Assembly: GCA_963675245.1 (NCBI GenBank)
Contig: OY775910.1
Location: forward strand, 1,408,001 to 1,472,000
Length of the DNA: 64,000 nucleotides
Direction: 5' to 3'
Source: Acholeplasmataceae bacterium
GTDB lineage: Bacteria > Bacillota_I > Bacilli_A > Acholeplasmatales > Acholeplasmataceae
Positions 60,004 to 64,000 of the stretch are shown here, piece after piece (positions within the stretch are counted from its first letter, which is position 1; each line of letters begins with the position of its first letter). Under the pieces are notes generated by a model. The model was not told the DNA's origin and did not search any database. It saw only the letters and a list, made by a program, of their open reading frames with translations. The translations under genes and the position numbers were made by a program.

Positions 60004-60460
60004 AGATTATATTTCTTGGGACCAGTATTTTATGGGTGTCGCTAAACTTTCTGCATTACGAAGTAAAGATCCAGACACACAAGTAGGTGCATGTATTGTT
60101 AATCAAGATAAAAGAATTGTCGGTATTGGCTATAATGGATTTCCTATGGGCTGTGCAGATGATAGTTTTCCTTGGTCTAAAGATGGAGAACCTGTGGATA
60201 CAAAGTATCCATATGTTGTACACGCAGAGGCGAATGCTATCTTAAATGCAACACAATCACTTAAAGGTGCGACTATTTATGTGACGTTATTTCCATGTAA
60301 TGAATGTGCCAAACTCATCATCCAAAGTGGTATAAAAGAAATTGTGTTTGAATCAAATAAAGATAGAGATAAAGACACACATAAAGCAGCGCTAAAAATG
60401 CTTGATGCCTCTGGTGTGACTTATCATCAAATTGAGGTTGGAACGCTTAAATATGCTTAA
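59996..60460 (+). CDS. dCMP deaminase family protein
   Basis: RSKDP..VGA, GYNG, HAEANA, PCNEC; start 59996 or 59984. Confidence 0.92.
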   Translation: MRKDYISWDQYFMGVAKLSALRSKDPDTQVGACIVNQDKRIVGIGYNGFPMGCADDSFPWSKDGEPVDTKYPYVVHAEANAILNATQSLKGATIYVTLFPCNECAKLIIQSGIKEIVFESNKDRDKDTHKAALKMLDASGVTYHQIEVGTLKYA

Positions 60461-61445
60461 ATTCATTAAAGAACACTTAAAACTAATCATTATATTGGCT
60501 TTTGCTTATACATATGCCCTTATGGTTTTAGTGACACCAACAGGATACTCAATCATCGCACCTGGAGGTTTAACACCAATGAATGAGTCATTTATCATTG
60601 ATGGTCATCCTGCCTCAGATGATTTTTATACTGTGTATGTTTATGCATATGATCCAATCACGGTATTCCAATATTTCTTGCTTCATGATGATGAGAAAGT
60701 CAATATTTATAAAACGACTGTGAGAGAAGCGATTACAACGCCTTCTGAAAGTATTGCACAAGGCAAACTTCAAAAAACATCATCTTATGAACTCGCTTTA
60801 ATCAATGCATATGAACAAGCACATCTAACAGACCCAAATATCACCATTGATTACACATTTGATGGATTATATATCAATGATTACCCAAGACGGATCGAAG
60901 CGCTAGAAATTGGCGATATTATCATTGCAGTAAATGGTGTCTACGCATCATCTATGGACGATCAAGATTTTAGAGTGTTAGCTTATCAAAGTCAAGTCAC
61001 TTATACAATTGATAGAGATGGTGACATATTTGATTATACGTATGTAGAAGAAGATGACGATTTAATCTTTTGGTTCTATCCATCGTTTACCATTAATAGT
61101 GCAAATCCAGCATATGATATTCCAGGTTTGAATAATAGCGTTGGTGGTCCTAGTGGTGGTCTATTGCAAACACTATCGATATATGCAAGTTTATTAAATA
61201 TAAACTTTGATGATGTCAAAATTGCTGGAACTGGTACGATAAACAGTGATGGATCAATTGGTAGAATTGGTGGTATTAGACAAAAAATATTAACTGCTGA
61301 TTATCTTGGCGTTGATTTATTTTTCATTCCAGAATCACATATGGAAGAAATCGAAGATCTTAGTTATAGTTTTGATATTATACCAGTAACAACCATAGAA
61401 GAAGCCTTAATGGGGCTATTGGAGTATGCTAATGGATTGGATTAA
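60453..61445 (+). CDS. YlbL-like PDZ-containing Lon-type (S16) serine protease
   Basis: N-terminal TM, PDZ GDIIIAVNG, GGPSGGL (Ser), AGTGTI, GGIRQK (Lys). Confidence 0.85.
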   Translation: MLKFIKEHLKLIIILAFAYTYALMVLVTPTGYSIIAPGGLTPMNESFIIDGHPASDDFYTVYVYAYDPITVFQYFLLHDDEKVNIYKTTVREAITTPSESIAQGKLQKTSSYELALINAYEQAHLTDPNITIDYTFDGLYINDYPRRIEALEIGDIIIAVNGVYASSMDDQDFRVLAYQSQVTYTIDRDGDIFDYTYVEEDDDLIFWFYPSFTINSANPAYDIPGLNNSVGGPSGGLLQTLSIYASLLNINFDDVKIAGTGTINSDGSIGRIGGIRQKILTADYLGVDLFFIPESHMEEIEDLSYSFDIIPVTTIEEALMGLLEYANGLD

Positions 61446-61842
61446 AAAGCAGTTGACCAAGCTATCAAAAGGCTTTAGAAGATATGTTGTCTTAACAAAA
61501 AGAGTAGATGAAAATGTTAAGGTTTTATCTATTGTTAAATCAGTGTTAGGATCACTATTAATCACAGTGATTATTGTCTTAATTCCAATATTGGTTATTA
61601 TCAATATGTTTATATATACTAAACTTACGTTATTATTGGCTATTTTATTACTAACTGTTGTTATAGGTGCAGTTTTCCTATATTTTCAGTTTTATTATGT
61701 ACTTTTGAAAAACTATCATCCTAAATTAGAAGAGATTGCTTATCGTATTCCTCAATTTGTTGAAAGTATATTCGTGAGTTTAATATTATTGATAACAGGA
61801 ATTGTTGTAATCGTTGTTATTTTGCAAGGAGTTTTAATATGA
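61432..61842 (+). CDS. Hypothetical membrane protein
   Basis: Three TMs; GGAG RBS; overlaps both neighbours. Confidence 0.7.
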   Translation: MDWIKKQLTKLSKGFRRYVVLTKRVDENVKVLSIVKSVLGSLLITVIIVLIPILVIINMFIYTKLTLLLAILLLTVVIGAVFLYFQFYYVLLKNYHPKLEEIAYRIPQFVESIFVSLILLITGIVVIVVILQGVLI

Positions 61843-62384
61843 TTATTGGTGTCTTAATTATCATTGTGGCTTTACTCATCGATCAAATCACTAAATCATT
61901 AATTGTATACCATTTTGAACCTTATGTAGCGGTTATTAATGGGACAGAACGATTAGTATCAAATGTTCCTGGTTTTGATGTGATTCCAGGTATTTTGGAT
62001 GTCGATTTTTTTGGTAACACAGGTGCAAGTTTAGGCAGTTTTGATGGTGCAAGACTTTTCTTCTTTGTGATAACAGTACTGGCATTAATATTTTTTGGTT
62101 ATATGTTTACTAAAGTTAATTTTAAAAAAGCGAAAATCTACAGTTTATCGATTTCACTTTTTATTGCAGGAACTCTCGGTAATGCCATAGATCGTGCAAT
62201 TAGACCAATTGGTGCAGTGATTGATTTTATGCACTTTCCTTTTATCGATTGGATCGTTGTTTTTCATAATAACTGGGCGGATATGTGGCTTTCTGCCGCC
62301 ATCGTATTATTTGCAATTGACGTTATATTTTTAGAACATAAGCGGTCAAAAAAAGAAAAGGAATCAGTTAATGAATCAGTTTAA
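61839..62384 (+). CDS. lspA: Lipoprotein signal peptidase II
   Basis: DQITK, NTGAS, GTLGNAIDR, VIDF, NWAD. Confidence 0.92.
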   Translation: MIIGVLIIIVALLIDQITKSLIVYHFEPYVAVINGTERLVSNVPGFDVIPGILDVDFFGNTGASLGSFDGARLFFFVITVLALIFFGYMFTKVNFKKAKIYSLSISLFIAGTLGNAIDRAIRPIGAVIDFMHFPFIDWIVVFHNNWADMWLSAAIVLFAIDVIFLEHKRSKKEKESVNESV

Positions 62385-63294
62385 AGTAACAACTGAATTA
62401 GAAAAACTTAGACTTGATAAGTATATTCAAGAATATGTTTTAAAAGAAGCAAGTCGTAGCCATATTCAAACGTTAATTAAATCAGGATATATTCGAGTAA
62501 ATGATGACGTTGTCAAAAATGGGTATGCTTTAAAACTAAATGATATTGTAACAGTTGAAGAAGCAGCACCGAAACCACTTGATTTAGAACCAGTGAATTT
62601 GAATTTAGATATTGTTTATGAAGATGATGATTTACTGGTTATCAATAAGCCAAGCGGTTTGGTTGTTCACCCTGCATCGTCATATCATGAACCTACTCTT
62701 GTTCATGGTCTTCTCCATCAATCAGAGAACTTAAGTGGTATTAATGGTGTTATTAGGCCAGGTATTGTACATCGCATTGATAAAGATACTAGTGGATTGT
62801 TGGTGGTTGCAAAAAATGATAAGGCACACTTATTGTTAAGTGAAGCGTTGAAGACACATGATATCAAAAGAACTTATTATGCTATCGTCTATAGTAATTT
62901 TAAAGAACTCTCAGGAAAGATTGATGCACCTATTGGTAGAAACCTTGGTAATCGTCTTAAAATGGCAGTCATAGAAGGTGGAAAACCAGCTGTAACATAC
63001 TTTAAAGTACTATTGAATTTTGATCAATACGCACTTATTTCTTGTGAATTAGAAACGGGAAGAACTCATCAAATTCGTGTACATATGGCTTATATTAATC
63101 ATCCAGTTATTGGTGATCCTTTGTATGGACCTAAAAAAACGATTGGTAAAACTGGTCAATATTTACATGCAACATCACTAACATTTGAACATCCTATAAA
63201 AAAAGAGCATATGACATTTAATGCCGATATGCCTGAATCTTTTATTAAATTTATTAAGAGATTTATACCAGATTTTGTTTGGTCACATTCTTAA
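62371..63294 (+). CDS. RluA/RluD family pseudouridine synthase
   Basis: S4 domain, NKPSGLVVHP, HRIDKDTSG, TGRTHQIRVH. Confidence 0.93.
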   Translation: MNQFKVTTELEKLRLDKYIQEYVLKEASRSHIQTLIKSGYIRVNDDVVKNGYALKLNDIVTVEEAAPKPLDLEPVNLNLDIVYEDDDLLVINKPSGLVVHPASSYHEPTLVHGLLHQSENLSGINGVIRPGIVHRIDKDTSGLLVVAKNDKAHLLLSEALKTHDIKRTYYAIVYSNFKELSGKIDAPIGRNLGNRLKMAVIEGGKPAVTYFKVLLNFDQYALISCELETGRTHQIRVHMAYINHPVIGDPLYGPKKTIGKTGQYLHATSLTFEHPIKKEHMTFNADMPESFIKFIKRFIPDFVWSHS

Positions 63295-64000
63295 AATTCA
63301 TTTTTGTAACGAGTGATAATGATTTTTCACCTTTACTATTAAATATTTGATAAACAACTTCATCAACTTCTTTACTAGCACCTTTTAAAAGTTTAAAACC
63401 AACCTTTTTAGAATATTGTTGCATTTTAACTAAGAAAGCATAGCGTGCAATGATAGAAGCAGCAGCAACTGATAAGTGTACTTGTTCAGCTCTGACATGG
63501 AAATTAATATCTCTATAGACGAGTGTTTCATCTTTGATGTAATTATAGTATAGTTGAGGTGTGCAAAATTGATCAAGAATAACTGGTACCTGATGCTTTA
63601 ACTTGGATGTCGTCTTAATAATGGCTTGATTGTGCAGTAATGCTTTAATTTTATTAAGGTTATAGCCTTCTTTTGTGAGACCGTTATACTTCTGTGGGGT
63701 TAAGATTAACAATGAGTGTGTAAGTCTCTTTGCTATTTCTGGTCCCATTTGAATGATTTTTTCATCCGTCAAATTTTTTGAATCTCTCACATTCATATCC
63801 TCTAAGAAGGTAATATCTTCTTTAGATGTGTATGCACTACAGACAACAATGGGTCCAAAAACATCTCCTGTACCAACCTCATCTGAACCTACGGCTTCAT
63901 AATCTTTTCTACCAAGATGATTCTTAATTGCGATGAGTTCATGAGATACTTCTGGTCCTTGCATGAGAACTTTTCCCGATTTATATGCTAAAACAACGAT
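63263..64000 (-). CDS. rnhC: Ribonuclease HIII (5' end beyond window)
   Basis: GSDEVGTGDVFGP, VRDSK, LDQF, VAAASIIAR; AYKSGKVLMQG at the window edge. Confidence 0.9.
   Translation of the reverse strand: MVVLAYKSGKVLMQGPEVSHELIAIKNHLGRKDYEAVGSDEVGTGDVFGPIVVCSAYTSKEDITFLEDMNVRDSKNLTDEKIIQMGPEIAKRLTHSLLILTPQKYNGLTKEGYNLNKIKALLHNQAIIKTTSKLKHQVPVILDQFCTPQLYYNYIKDETLVYRDINFHVRAEQVHLSVAAASIIARYAFLVKMQQYSKKVGFKLLKGASKEVDEVVYQIFNSKGEKSLSLVTKMNFKNVTKQNLV

Noticed and set aside
3574..61604. Short ORFs antisense to or out of frame within long genes (e.g. 3574-3795, 17949-18311, 29968-30210, 38878-39186, 52716-53012)
   Set aside because: Shadow ORFs of well-supported genes with no recognisable motifs
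1..64000. CRISPR array, prophage, toxin-antitoxin or restriction/defence system
   Set aside because: No regularly spaced repeats or recognisable cas, phage or defence genes seen by eye

Overview
AT-rich bacterial chromosome segment using genetic code 11 (TGA is a stop, TGG is Trp). Gene content (ftsZ without flanking cell-wall genes, Firmicute-type T-boxes, recU, rnhC, RNase J) suggests a wall-less Acholeplasmatales-like Mollicute; this is inferred from sequence alone. It opens with a 2499-aa surface protein and a few accessory genes (GNAT, oxidoreductases, hydrolase, GGDEF cyclase), then tmRNA and mostly housekeeping operons: two fused ABC transporters, mutY, queT/tgt, ftsZ-ychF-yggS-sepF-ileS-surE, deoC-deoD, an M16 peptidase pair, ssb, pepV-thyA-folA-plsC, pdp, nfeD/SPFH, thiT, recU, rnj, rarA, apt-rel-dtd, hisS-aspS-msrA and lspA-rluA-rnhC. 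There is one intact IS30-family element. RNA elements not in the ORF track are tmRNA, preQ1-I and TPP riboswitches, and two T-boxes. The most notable observations are (1) an unannotated ~145-185 nt structured RNA, 6S-like, head-to-head with tmRNA, (2) a transcriptional Asp T-box with an ultrashort Stem I controlling GNAT-hisS-aspS, and (3) a TGT lacking all four canonical zinc ligands. No CRISPR array, prophage or recognisable defence system was seen.
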